This document shows, piece by piece, positions 55,801 to 63,880 of a stretch of DNA of 64,000 bases. The stretch comes from a virus. The translations under genes and the position numbers were made by a program. The notes beneath the pieces are model-generated. The model was given only the letters and a program-made list of their open reading frames with translations, did not search any database and was not told the DNA's origin. The DNA is taken from the IMG/VR virus record IMGVR_UViG_3300019360_000147, positions 9,726 through 73,725 of that record, one strand, 5' to 3'. Numbering within the stretch: position 1 is the first letter of the stretch; every line of letters begins with the position of its first letter.

Positions 55801-58323
55801 GTTCCCGAACCCATCCGGAGCATAGTTTATGGCGGCCGACCGGCCGAATCTTCTGTACCTCCGCCTGCTGGTGAACCGCCCGTAACCCTCGGCAGTCTCG
55901 GCGGCGCCCTCCAAGAGGCCGCCCGGTATCTGCCGGAATCAATCAGGAATCTCAACGCAAAGCGCCTCGCATTCATGCAGAGAGGCATTGACGCCCTCGC
56001 GGCGAAGCTGCCGAAGGTGTTCCGTGAGGCCCGGGGGCTGGGCGAGGAGTACGTCGATGCCGTCCACGACCGCGGGGCGACGTTGGCAAATTACGTCGAG
56101 CGGGCGGTGGAACTGTCCGGCAAGCTCCAGCACGGACTGACAAATGCCGAGAAGGCCCGTGTAGATCAGGTCCTCCGCGGCGGAATCACGGTCAATCCGG
56201 CCATCCAGCGCATCGTCGAGCCCGTTCGCGGCCTCATCAACGAACTCCAGGGCAAACTGATCGAGTACGGCTATCTGACGCCGGAAGATGTCCAACTCTT
56301 CCAAGAAAGGTTCCGCTCCCACCCGGACTACCTGCGGCGCCTGTACGAGACCAAACTTGTCCCGCCTGAGCAACCCTTTCTGTCTGGGGAACTGACGGGG
56401 CCAGTCGGCCGCGGGGTGAAGTCTGAAGCCCTGATGATGCGGGGCGACATCCAGGAAGTAAAATTGCCCCCCATGGGAGGGGAGCCACTCGTGGGTGCCC
56501 AGCGGGCGGATTTTCTCCAACCATGGCTCAAGAAGGGCTACCGGCTGATCAAAGCCGAGGGCGACACGGCCACACTCTTCCGCGACATTCCTGAGCCAAT
56601 CCGCAAGGCCATGGGCGAGGTGCGGACGAAGCCAGGCTTTGTGGCGGCCAAGACGGCCGTGGAACAGGCCCGGATCGTGGCCAATCACGAGTTCCTGGCC
56701 AAGATTGCCGAGAACCCGGAGTGGGCGAAGGCCGGCCTGACCGATGCGGAATTGGCCAGCGGGGCATGGACGCGGCTGACCGGCGACAAGAAGAAGTGGG
56801 GGCCGCTGGCAGACTTCTTTGTCAAAAAGGACGTCGCCCTCGAGGTCCAGAACAGTATTCGGATTCGCCAGGACTGGGAGAAGGTGGTCGGACGACTGGT
56901 CGGCCTGTGGAAGTATGGCAAGGTCATCCTCAACCCGGCCGCCATGGGGCGGAATATCATTTCCAGCGGCATCCTGGCCGACTTCGGGGGCCTCCACCCG
57001 TGGATGGTGGATGAATGGGCGAAGGGGGCCAATCAGATCCGGAAGGGCGACGGCGTGTGGCCGGAAGCCAAGCAGATGGGTCTGTTCCGTTCCGGCTTCG
57101 CGCAGAATGAAATCCTGGCCCTGTCCGAGGGCATCGCCAAATCGACACAGCCAAATGGGATGCTCCGGATGCTGGATGCCGTGCACGAGATCGCGGAGGC
57201 GGCAGGCCAAAAGACCGGGGTCCGCCCCTCGCGTCTCTATGCGGCGATCGAGAACTTCTACCGATTCAACCTGTACCGCTATGCACGCGAGACACTGAAT
57301 CAATCTCCCAAGGATGCCCGGCGGTACGCCCTCAAGTACGCGATCGACTACGAGGTCGTGTCGCCAGCCGTTGCGGCACTCCGAGGAACCGGTGGTGGGT
57401 GGGCCGCCCCGTTAGCCGCCCTCGTCGGAGCGCCGTTCGCTACATTTTCCGCGAAGGCGATCCCGTTGACCCTGGAGACCCTGGCCCTGCATCCGATCCG
57501 CGTCTTGAAGTACCCAGCGATCATCTACGGGATCTCGAAGATGGCCGGGCCGATGATCGGGCAACGCGAGGAGGAGACGACGGCGCAAAGGGCTCTCGGG
57601 GGACTCAACTGGCTACGATATGCCCTGATTCCCTGGCGGGACAAGGACGAGCGCAGTCAATACTTTGATCTAGGCTATACCCTCCCCTTCGGGGATCTGA
57701 TCGAGACTTGGGACTGGGCAACTGGGGGTATGGGGCGGCGGGCAAACATTGCCTTTGCCCCCATCGTGGGGCATCCATCCTTTGCCATGTTCGAGGCCAT
57801 AGCGAACCGAGCCACTTTCACGGGGAAGGACATCTCGGAGCCCTCGGATACGGCGTTGCAGTCGCTGCAGAAGCGGGTCGGACACATCTACCAGAGTTGG
57901 GCACCTTCTCTGGCTCCGCCCCTTCCGGGTTTGCCGAAGGGTGGGTACGGGTATGAGGACCTGCGGCGGGCCTTTGCCGTCCCGCCGGAGACCGATTTCA
58001 TGGGCCGGACGCGGAGTCCTGTCGCCTCTGTCCTCGCCAACGTGGCTGGTCTCCGGGCACAAGGCGTGACGACGGCCGAGCTCGCCAACTTCAAGGCAAA
58101 GCAGTACGAGGCCATGCTGGATAGCCTCGATAAGGAGGCTCTGCAGATCGCGACCAAGTACCGGCTGAACCCGGAGGAGGCGAATCGGCGGATGGAGCAG
58201 TTGAAACAGCGGGCCATCGAGATCGCGACGGAGGCCAAGAGCCTGTTCAGTCTTGTCCCCCGCGGGGCCAGTCGGCCAGCGGTGCCAGCGCAAATTCAGC
58301 GGGCGGTGGGGGCGGGACGCTGA
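52801..58323 (+). CDS. large polyvalent ejection protein with GHKL ATPase and HExxH metallopeptidase-like domains
   Basis: KEMLQNATD, DTGAGM, GGFGIAK, TGTT; LIHELSH; helical C-terminal region. Confidence 0.75.
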   Translation: MGLAEIDNFLSADTPRAGGLAAIDDYLEQPPASSTWRDRMFKTGQETLADPNATTGERFLAGVTTGMRSVPSPFRPLPGPQATLEEIQQDPLPTRIAEVPMLPFSMAFSGVTRGLEEAGVISRETTENLAKIPVALAPMFMAPPPRPARSIPPLRAKQAMTEAPPIVRPIPEPGGPPMQPVEPPVAPRARPMGPVPEPTVTLGSLGGGLQDIAGYLPESVRNLPATYWKEVQKGLDYISAKTPSVLPIVRPIPEPGGPPMQPVEPPVAPRARPMGPVPEPLTTVAPELAMPEVIRRAIEPTRPAKLPAVGIGDVQEVRFDAKQEKAKIAGYRAGAEEPIPVPRAESREPSKMEGAAREPFFGEVDRLAAEEAGLFRREPVGAPMRVETPEGARAVTAMDPRLMKVLGGNLYSGDLGVVAVKEMLQNATDSLRALEKPGTGTVRASVDSVKRTITVTDTGAGMTPEVATRELVDIGGSSKAEGSAGGFGIAKVAIFSNAEDIRIVSVAKDSRTGKVVSTTLHGTGLDWADPAKGLSVESKPMPPDAQTGTTMTIRLSQETPFSLGPSRDFLQAFADTHRLEGKFTLEVNGSPVTPGAGPPVERIASLPIQEATIDIYASKETKRVPSIDYVVLNKGLPQFRDAFWTGNDLPLPERVILDVKPTAGPESAGYPFRPDRQGFRGHVTDSLNNYFMQQLMADAAQADRAMYAKSFKEGRPIGRTGIHLIDTTGALPTKFLDALASEPHLATIAEQIKVAFHLLQAELPGLPQAEFGGIGLSERFLATNVMGKAVFGEGAKNLILVNPYSVLAEVEQAIRLGQVKRAQAREHFGDRLVAVLIHELSHQGSRAHGEEFAGILTRSYATLSRTAVKVADRIAYGLSPRDLFGRSTDVYDGAAKALGQLQPLWQTAPDIFGKISTGLAEPSRGGRPTGGPRTGPAGGTGPEGPVRGRSEVQAGRVEPSPTVRTRPTRVREEVARPGGPESIPGPGPVAPGGVPEGASRVPEPIRSIVYGGRPAESSVPPPAGEPPVTLGSLGGALQEAARYLPESIRNLNAKRLAFMQRGIDALAAKLPKVFREARGLGEEYVDAVHDRGATLANYVERAVELSGKLQHGLTNAEKARVDQVLRGGITVNPAIQRIVEPVRGLINELQGKLIEYGYLTPEDVQLFQERFRSHPDYLRRLYETKLVPPEQPFLSGELTGPVGRGVKSEALMMRGDIQEVKLPPMGGEPLVGAQRADFLQPWLKKGYRLIKAEGDTATLFRDIPEPIRKAMGEVRTKPGFVAAKTAVEQARIVANHEFLAKIAENPEWAKAGLTDAELASGAWTRLTGDKKKWGPLADFFVKKDVALEVQNSIRIRQDWEKVVGRLVGLWKYGKVILNPAAMGRNIISSGILADFGGLHPWMVDEWAKGANQIRKGDGVWPEAKQMGLFRSGFAQNEILALSEGIAKSTQPNGMLRMLDAVHEIAEAAGQKTGVRPSRLYAAIENFYRFNLYRYARETLNQSPKDARRYALKYAIDYEVVSPAVAALRGTGGGWAAPLAALVGAPFATFSAKAIPLTLETLALHPIRVLKYPAIIYGISKMAGPMIGQREEETTAQRALGGLNWLRYALIPWRDKDERSQYFDLGYTLPFGDLIETWDWATGGMGRRANIAFAPIVGHPSFAMFEAIANRATFTGKDISEPSDTALQSLQKRVGHIYQSWAPSLAPPLPGLPKGGYGYEDLRRAFAVPPETDFMGRTRSPVASVLANVAGLRAQGVTTAELANFKAKQYEAMLDSLDKEALQIATKYRLNPEEANRRMEQLKQRAIEIATEAKSLFSLVPRGASRPAVPAQIQRAVGAGR
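53293..53640 (+). repeat. perfect 102-bp direct duplication
   Basis: 53293-53394 is identical to 53539-53640. Confidence 0.9.
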
Positions 58324-58646
58324 TGCCCCACGAGAAGCGACGGGCGGAGGACCGGATCCCGATGATGGGGTTGCTCGCCGGGGCGCCGTGGTGGTTCCGC
58401 GCACTCATCTTCGTCCTGTTCACGTTTCTTGGGCCGAGCGTCTTGGCCACGTTCCTGCTCCTGGCGGCTTTTGGCATGATCGACAGCCCGGTGACGAACA
58501 CCCATGATCTCGTGGAGCGGCTGCAGCGGGGCCAATCACGGCACTCGCGGATGCTCCGCTTGCTCTGCCGCCGCACCTCCAAGACGGAAACCCATATAAC
58601 CGAATGCGAGGAGGCGATGCGTGTGGACACTTCGACCGCCCGCTAG
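58323..58646 (+). CDS. small membrane protein (holin/antiholin-like)
   Basis: Long hydrophobic segment; start of the lysis block. Confidence 0.5.
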   Translation: MPHEKRRAEDRIPMMGLLAGAPWWFRALIFVLFTFLGPSVLATFLLLAAFGMIDSPVTNTHDLVERLQRGQSRHSRMLRLLCRRTSKTETHITECEEAMRVDTSTAR

Positions 58647-58649
58647 GAT

Positions 58650-58883
58650 ATGACCATCACCATTGATCTCGGCACGATCCTTACCAGCGTTCTTTCGGGA
58701 CTAGCCCTGATGGGGATTGTGGCGATTTTCCGGCAACTCAAAACGATGAACGGGAGCATCCGGGAACTCCAGACCTGGCGGCAAACGTACGAGAAATATG
58801 CCGATGAGCGGCACAAGGAACATGCCACCGAGCACGCGAGCATCTGGGGGGCCATCGAGTGGCTCCGGGACCGGCTCCGATGA
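58650..58883 (+). CDS. single-TM holin-like protein
   Basis: N-terminal TM, then MNGSI..L coiled coil. Confidence 0.55.
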   Translation: MTITIDLGTILTSVLSGLALMGIVAIFRQLKTMNGSIRELQTWRQTYEKYADERHKEHATEHASIWGAIEWLRDRLR

Positions 58884-59170
58884 CCGAGAGACCGACCGCC
58901 TATGTCTCGGAAACTTTGGTCGCGTGGATCTGGACCGCCTATCCACCCCAGACTGCCTGGGATGCGGTGCGGCGGCTGATGGCGTCGGCGGCACTGATGG
59001 ACCAGTGGCCGGAACGGTACGGGCGGCGGCACACGGTCGGGCCGATCTTCGACCCCACCGATCCCCATCAGCGTGAGACGTTAGCCAGGCCGTGGCCGGA
59101 ATTGCATCGCCTGCTGTATCTGCGGTACGGGCCGATTTCCGTAGTCCATAAGACAGGGAGAGCGTCGTGA
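58880..59170 (+). CDS. hypothetical protein
   Basis: ATGA/GTGA coupled. Confidence 0.5.
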   Translation: MTERPTAYVSETLVAWIWTAYPPQTAWDAVRRLMASAALMDQWPERYGRRHTVGPIFDPTDPHQRETLARPWPELHRLLYLRYGPISVVHKTGRAS

Positions 59171-59610
59171 CGCGTGAGGGCCTCTCGGGACTGATGGACG
59201 TGCAACTGCTGGCCCTGTGCGCCTGGGGGGAGGCCCGGGGCGAGCCAGTGCAGGGGCAGCTCGGCGTAATGTGGGTCATCCGCAATCGCGTGCACGATCG
59301 ACAGGGGCGGTATGGACGAGGATACGCGGGGGTCATCCTCCGGCCGTTGCAGTTTTCGTGCATGAATGCCGACGATCCCAACCTGGCGAAGATTCTTCTC
59401 TTGGCGGACCGGTTGGAGGATGCCACAGGGAAACAGGAGCAGCCGCTGACGCAGTTGATCTATCTCGGCCACGGGGTCCTGATGGGGGACCTCGTCGATA
59501 ACACGTGGTCAAGTAACCATTACCACTCGACGGGGATCCCCCGTCCGTCCTGGACCGGGACCCTGCAGGCAACATGCGTGCTCGGTGGCCACGCCTTCTA
59601 CCGGCTCTGA
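59167..59610 (+). CDS. endolysin, SleB/Hydrolase_2 family
   Basis: GEARGE..GQ..V..VIRNRV, QFSC, HYH, GGHAFY. Confidence 0.88.
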   Translation: MTREGLSGLMDVQLLALCAWGEARGEPVQGQLGVMWVIRNRVHDRQGRYGRGYAGVILRPLQFSCMNADDPNLAKILLLADRLEDATGKQEQPLTQLIYLGHGVLMGDLVDNTWSSNHYHSTGIPRPSWTGTLQATCVLGGHAFYRL

Positions 59611-59630
59611 GGAACCGTCGGGAGCTCTGG

Positions 59631-59753
59631 GTGGAATGGGTGCGCAGATGCCCTCGGTGCGGGTCCCTCTTGCGCAAGAAGGATCCGACGGAAGTGATCA
59701 CCTGCGGCTGTGGCTGGCGCTGGGGCGATAACATCGGGAAAGGCCGGTCGTAA
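59631..59753 (+). CDS. 40-aa Zn-ribbon protein
   Basis: RBS GGGAG; CPRC...CGCG; stop codon supplied by the IS end. Confidence 0.55.
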   Translation: MEWVRRCPRCGSLLRKKDPTEVITCGCGWRWGDNIGKGRS

Positions 59754-59765
59754 ACAACCACGGGC

Positions 59766-60866
59766 TCACGCCCGTGGCCTTGCAGAGACCTGCGAGGCAG
59801 GTTCCGCGTGCGGTCGGTTTACGGCGACCCTGCGGATGCACTCCGCAGCGACCCAATCGGCGAGTCCAGCGAACCCGCACGATTGGCAGGAGAAGAGCGC
59901 TTGCGACTTCCGATTCGCTTTATCCACGGACCCGCAGGCCGGGCACGTCCGGCTGGTGTTCTTCGGATCCACGAAGATCACGGGAACACCCGCCAGCCGT
60001 CCCTTGTAGTTGACGAAGGCCCCCAGTTGCCCGAAAGCCCAGCTATGCAATGTCGCCCGCTGGCCGCGACGAACCGTGAGCCGGTCGCGGATGCCCGTCA
60101 AATCCTCCAAGGCAAGCGCGCGTCCGGTGCCTTTCGCGGTGGCGACAAGGGCCTTGCTAATGCAGTGATTGGTATGGGTGGCAAATCGCTGTTCCTTGCG
60201 GGATCGCTTCCTGAGCAGCCGTTTCGCGGCCGTGGTGCCTTTCCTCTGAAGCCGCTGGCGCAGTCTCCGGTGCCGGTGTCGGACGCTATTCAGGGTCTCG
60301 GAGGAGTGGACCCGCCCATCCGAGTCCACGGCGATGTTTGTTATACCAAAATCCACGCCGAGCGCGTCGCGGAAATCTCCCGGCTCTGGTTCCTGGACTT
60401 CGCAGGTTGCCAGCAAGAGGAAGTGTTTCCCGGTCTGCACCAGGTCCGTTTCTCCCAGACGAGTCTGGAGCAGTGCTCGCTGCCTGGCACCGCAGGTGAA
60501 AGGAATCCATTGGCGCCCATCCACGGTCCAGATGGAGACGCGGCTTCTGGCAAGGTCCCACCGGAGGATGCGGTCGTCATAGGCGATCCCGGCGGTGGGT
60601 CGGAACCTCCGCAGTCCCTTGCGATCCAGCTTGTAGGCATCGGCGACTTTGGCGATCACCCGGACGGCCATCTGCGCGGTCAGAGCGAACCGCTCCCGAA
60701 TCGCCCGGTAGCAGAGGTGGTGCAGGCGGTACTGGCCGAAGATCTTCGTCTCCCAGGCGTGCCGACTGACGAAGGTACACGCGGCATTCGCCACGTCGAG
60801 CGTGCGACGCAGGGTGGCGCGCTGGTGGGCGGTCGGAAGCAGTTTGACCTGGGCAATCAGTTTCAT
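59766..60866 (-). CDS. tnpB: TnpB RNA-guided endonuclease
   Basis: GVDFG (D), LEDL (E), ADWVAA (D); CPAC/CQSC zinc finger. Confidence 0.92.
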   Translation of the reverse strand: MKLIAQVKLLPTAHQRATLRRTLDVANAACTFVSRHAWETKIFGQYRLHHLCYRAIRERFALTAQMAVRVIAKVADAYKLDRKGLRRFRPTAGIAYDDRILRWDLARSRVSIWTVDGRQWIPFTCGARQRALLQTRLGETDLVQTGKHFLLLATCEVQEPEPGDFRDALGVDFGITNIAVDSDGRVHSSETLNSVRHRHRRLRQRLQRKGTTAAKRLLRKRSRKEQRFATHTNHCISKALVATAKGTGRALALEDLTGIRDRLTVRRGQRATLHSWAFGQLGAFVNYKGRLAGVPVIFVDPKNTSRTCPACGSVDKANRKSQALFSCQSCGFAGLADWVAAECIRRVAVNRPHAEPASQVSARPRA

Positions 60867-60872
60867 GGGTCA

Positions 60873-60900
60873 AGTATAGATGTGCCAGTCTCCCAGTCAA
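60873..60900 (-). promoter_or_regulatory. sigma70 promoter for a leaderless tnpB mRNA
   Basis: TTGACT-16 nt-TATACT, 6 nt before the ATG. Confidence 0.65.
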
Positions 60901-60958
60901 GCACAATCGGCGCTCCTCCCCGCCCTGACGGACGAGGTCTCCGCGCCGGGAGGACCTG

Positions 60959-61099
60959 ATGAGTCTCTGCTTCGTAGCACCAACGCACTGGACCGCGCCC
61001 GATGTGTGCTGGGCCATCGGACACACCTGGCGCCTGTGGTTTGGCCTGGTCGCATCCTGCGACCGCTGCTGGGCCACCGTCCTGTTGGGCGGCGGCTAA
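60959..61099 (+). CDS. 46-aa Cys/His small protein
   Basis: C...GH.W...CDRC; RBS GGGAGG lies inside the IS left end. Confidence 0.5.
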   Translation: MSLCFVAPTHWTAPDVCWAIGHTWRLWFGLVASCDRCWATVLLGGG

Positions 61100-61109
61100 A
61101 GGAGATGCG

Positions 61110-61307
61110 ATGGGGACCTTCAACACGATGCTGGCGAACTACTGGACCACCCTGACCGGCTTCCTGAGTGGCTTCTTCTACTATGTGGCCACGAATGGGG
61201 CGACATTCCCAACGACGAAGGCGGAATGGATCAACCTTTTCGTCGCGGCGTCGTTTGCCGCCCTAGGGCTGACTGCCAAAAGTGCCACGACCGGCAGTAA
61301 GCCGTAG
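61110..61307 (+). CDS. two-TM holin
   Basis: RBS AAGGAG; NYWTTLTG...ALGL.AK pattern. Confidence 0.65.
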   Translation: MGTFNTMLANYWTTLTGFLSGFFYYVATNGATFPTTKAEWINLFVAASFAALGLTAKSATTGSKP

Positions 61308-61318
61308 GAGGAGGGGCG

Positions 61319-61591
61319 GTGGTGTCCAGTGCCTATGGCTGGGCGGTCATCGTTCTGGCGCTCATTGGCTTCGTTGTCTGGATCCGCTGGGCGATCCGGC
61401 GAGGGACCTTGGCCGAGGCCCAGGCGGAGCGGGAGACGCAGATTCGGCTGGATGCCCAGCGAAAGGCGGACGAGCATGCACGGACTGCTGAGGTGGAGCG
61501 GCGTGATCTGCCTCGTGGCGTTGGGGGGCCTCGGGTGCGCGAGGGTCCTCGGAAGCTCGGCGGTCCGCCACCCGATCCCGGCGGCGCTTGA
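61319..61591 (+). CDS. i-spanin (Rz-like)
   Basis: N-terminal TM plus coiled coil; overlaps the lipoprotein gene. Confidence 0.6.
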   Translation: MVSSAYGWAVIVLALIGFVVWIRWAIRRGTLAEAQAERETQIRLDAQRKADEHARTAEVERRDLPRGVGGPRVREGPRKLGGPPPDPGGA

Positions 61592-61829
61592 GTGGCCTGC
61601 GTTTGATGTCTTTCGGTCCGGGGGCGTGAGCGAGTGGAGCCTGCCGACGGAGACGGCGCAGACTGCGAAGGCCAGAGAGCTGTGGACGCAAGGGGCCGTC
61701 GACCTGCGGGATGCCTTTTGGCAACGGGTTTTGCGGGATCGGTGTGCCGCCCGGGAAGCCCTGCAGATCGCCAATGGGGACCGTCCGGAGGCCGATCCCG
61801 TCTGTCGCCCGGCTGAGCGGGTGCCATAG
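61476..61829 (+). CDS. o-spanin (Rz1-like lipoprotein)
   Basis: Lipobox LGGLG-C; overlaps the i-spanin in another frame. Confidence 0.6.
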   Translation: MHGLLRWSGVICLVALGGLGCARVLGSSAVRHPIPAALEWPAFDVFRSGGVSEWSLPTETAQTAKARELWTQGAVDLRDAFWQRVLRDRCAAREALQIANGDRPEADPVCRPAERVP

Positions 61830-61834
61830 CGTCG

Positions 61835-62032
61835 ATGGTGAAGTGCTGCCAGTTCTGCGGGGGAGAGTTGCGGCTCCCGACCGATCTCTTGGCCACGCCG
61901 CTCTCCCGCGTCTGCGCCATTTGTGGTCGCCTGACCGAGATCCCCGACGACCCCTGGCGGTACGGCGATGCGCAGGGGGAGTCGCCTTTGCTGCAGCGCC
62001 CGAGGGACTCATGTCCGCCCGGCATGCCCTAG
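61835..62032 (+). CDS. small Zn-ribbon protein
   Basis: CQFC...CAIC. Confidence 0.45.
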   Translation: MVKCCQFCGGELRLPTDLLATPLSRVCAICGRLTEIPDDPWRYGDAQGESPLLQRPRDSCPPGMP

Positions 62033-62267
62033 TCCTCGCGGCCGCGATCGCCTCGGCCCCGCTGCATCCTCAGTTGCCAGTGCCCAGCGATGACGGCTCA
62101 CTGGGTCCGGTGGCGTGCGGGATGCGGTACCGCAACTGTCTGTGCCGGTACGTCGATGCGCAGGGCTGGCGGTGCACGGGCTTCGTGATGCGACCAGCCA
62201 GCGAGGAGCCTCCGAAGTTTCAGGATCTGGAGCCCTCCCGGCCGCCCGAACCCTCCGAGTCGAGTCC

Positions 62268-62597
62268 GTGAGCAGCGGAGCAAAACGGGCGGGCTCCGAC
62301 CGCGTCGAGGGTGTCCCGCTGCGGCGCAAGCCCTACGGCACCTACAAGGAATTCCGGCGGAAGGACTATCTGCCAGCCGAGTTCCAGGTCCGGCGCTTCC
62401 TGGAGGAGGTCGCCTACACGGGGGACCTCCAACTCTCGTATCGGGCCCAGTGGCTCCTGGCGCGATTCTGGCGGGCCGTTCTCCCCGAGGCGGCGAAACG
62501 GCTGACCAGGGCGATGCGACACGATTTGAAGGGGTGGGTGGCTGGATCGAGTATCGAGGACGGAGAGGGTCCCCCGAGGCCATCTCCCGGGCGATGA
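62268..62597 (+). CDS. hypothetical protein
   Basis: GTGA-coupled ORF. Confidence 0.45.
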   Translation: MSSGAKRAGSDRVEGVPLRRKPYGTYKEFRRKDYLPAEFQVRRFLEEVAYTGDLQLSYRAQWLLARFWRAVLPEAAKRLTRAMRHDLKGWVAGSSIEDGEGPPRPSPGR

Positions 62598-62853
62598 GAT
62601 CGTACCCGTGCTGCCGTTCCCTCGGGGGGGCACCGCATGGGCGGCAGCACACCTTTCGACGGTGGCGCCGCCCCACCGATAACGATCTCAGGCGGCACCA
62701 CCAATTCTCGGTACGATCCTGGGTCGCTACGCTAGGCTGGTCCGGCCTCTCCCCCGTCAAACAGGCGGATCGCCTTCTGCCAATCACGCCGGCTCGTGTA
62801 ACGCTGTGATTTGCCTCGCGCCATACGCCACATAAAAACGTTGTAGAAAACCC

Positions 62854-62881
62854 TTGACTTTCTCAAAGGTCTCTATATACT
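62854..62881 (+). promoter_or_regulatory. sigma70 promoter of the early operon
   Basis: TTGACT-16 nt-TATACT in an AT-rich intergenic region. Confidence 0.7.
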
Positions 62882-62913
62882 TTCCATCGTAACCTTAACC
62901 CGACCTAACCTGG

Positions 62914-63132
62914 ATGCCTACCATGAAGCGCACAAAAGAGCAAGAGCGAATCGCGCTGTCGGTTCGTCGGTTGAAGGCGATGCGGGCCGCCAAGATCAGC
63001 AAGGCCGAACTCGCCCGCCTCGCAGGCGTCACCTGGACGATGGCCTACCTCTGGTGCCGGGGCCTCCGCACGAGTGCGAATCTCCAGCGGGCTTTTGAAA
63101 AGTTGGTCCACGATGGTAAGCAGCCAGGGTGA
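62914..63132 (+). CDS. Cro/XRE-like HTH regulator
   Basis: ISKAELARLAGVTWTMAYLWCRG. Confidence 0.75.
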   Translation: MPTMKRTKEQERIALSVRRLKAMRAAKISKAELARLAGVTWTMAYLWCRGLRTSANLQRAFEKLVHDGKQPG

Positions 63133-63400
63133 GGCGGAGAATGGCACGGAGACACCAGAAAGACCCGGTGACTGGATGAGCATGCGCTGTTCCGTCTGCG
63201 GAGGCTCCCTCCCGCTGGACCGGGGCACCGAGAACTTCCCCGGGAAGGCGCCGAAACTCTGTGGCGAGCGGTGCCTGCGTGTCGCTGTCGAAACCTACTG
63301 GCGGCGGTTCGGCATGGATGCGGTGGGCACCTTCCAAGACTACGGCAATGGCCTACGCTATCGGTTACTCCGAATCGTGCCGATTGAGAGGGAGACGTGA
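63113..63400 (+). CDS. Zn-finger hypothetical protein (start uncertain)
   Basis: CSVC...CGERC. Confidence 0.45.
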   Translation: MVSSQGEAENGTETPERPGDWMSMRCSVCGGSLPLDRGTENFPGKAPKLCGERCLRVAVETYWRRFGMDAVGTFQDYGNGLRYRLLRIVPIERET

Positions 63401-63633
63401 CGTACAGGGAAGCCCTTATGGTCGGCCTTCAACAGGCCAAGGCGACGTACTTCAAGCCGGCCACACTCGAAGATGGTCAGAGAGCCTTGGCTTTGCTCGC
63501 TGCTCAACGGAAGGCCCAGATGGCCAACCAGGCCGTCTATGCGGCCCTGATTAACTCTTGGAGAGATGAGGCACTTGGCAGGATAGACGACGAAGTGTTC
63601 TCCCTTCTCGATAAGTACGGCCTGCTAGAGTAG
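63397..63633 (+). CDS. hypothetical protein
   Basis: Coupled ORF. Confidence 0.5.
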   Translation: MTYREALMVGLQQAKATYFKPATLEDGQRALALLAAQRKAQMANQAVYAALINSWRDEALGRIDDEVFSLLDKYGLLE

Positions 63634-63641
63634 GGGAGGCC

Positions 63642-63854
63642 ATGACCCCTCCCCTCCTCACCGTCTCCGAGGTCGCCCAGGCCCTGCAGGTGAGCCCAAG
63701 AACGGTCCGGCGCCTGGTGGCCCTGCGGAAGATCGAGACGGTCCGCCCCGCCGGTCTCAAGGTGGTGCGCATCACGCGGGCCGAGGTGGAGCGGGTGATT
63801 GCGGAGGGGGTGCAGCCGACGGCGCGGTATTGGAAGGAGAGAAGGCGGGCATGA
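63642..63854 (+). CDS. excisionase-family HTH protein
   Basis: LLTVSEVAQALQVSPRTVRRLV...VRI...EVER. Confidence 0.8.
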   Translation: MTPPLLTVSEVAQALQVSPRTVRRLVALRKIETVRPAGLKVVRITRAEVERVIAEGVQPTARYWKERRRA

Positions 63855-63880
63855 TGAGCATCGCGCTTCTGGAAATCGGG

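Larger units (their letters stand above)
59750..60958 (-). mobile_element. non-autonomous IS605/IS1341-type element (tnpB only)
   Basis: Left-end hairpin about 60912-60958; right end ...CCACGGGCGTGAGCCCGTGGTTGTTTAC ending at 59750; inferred TAM TCAT; removal restores an ATGA gene overlap. Confidence 0.85.

Noticed and set aside
60901-60909. GCACAATCG matching the 5' end of the CRISPR repeat inside the IS left end
   Set aside because: A 9-nt match with no second repeat part at spacer distance; likely chance.
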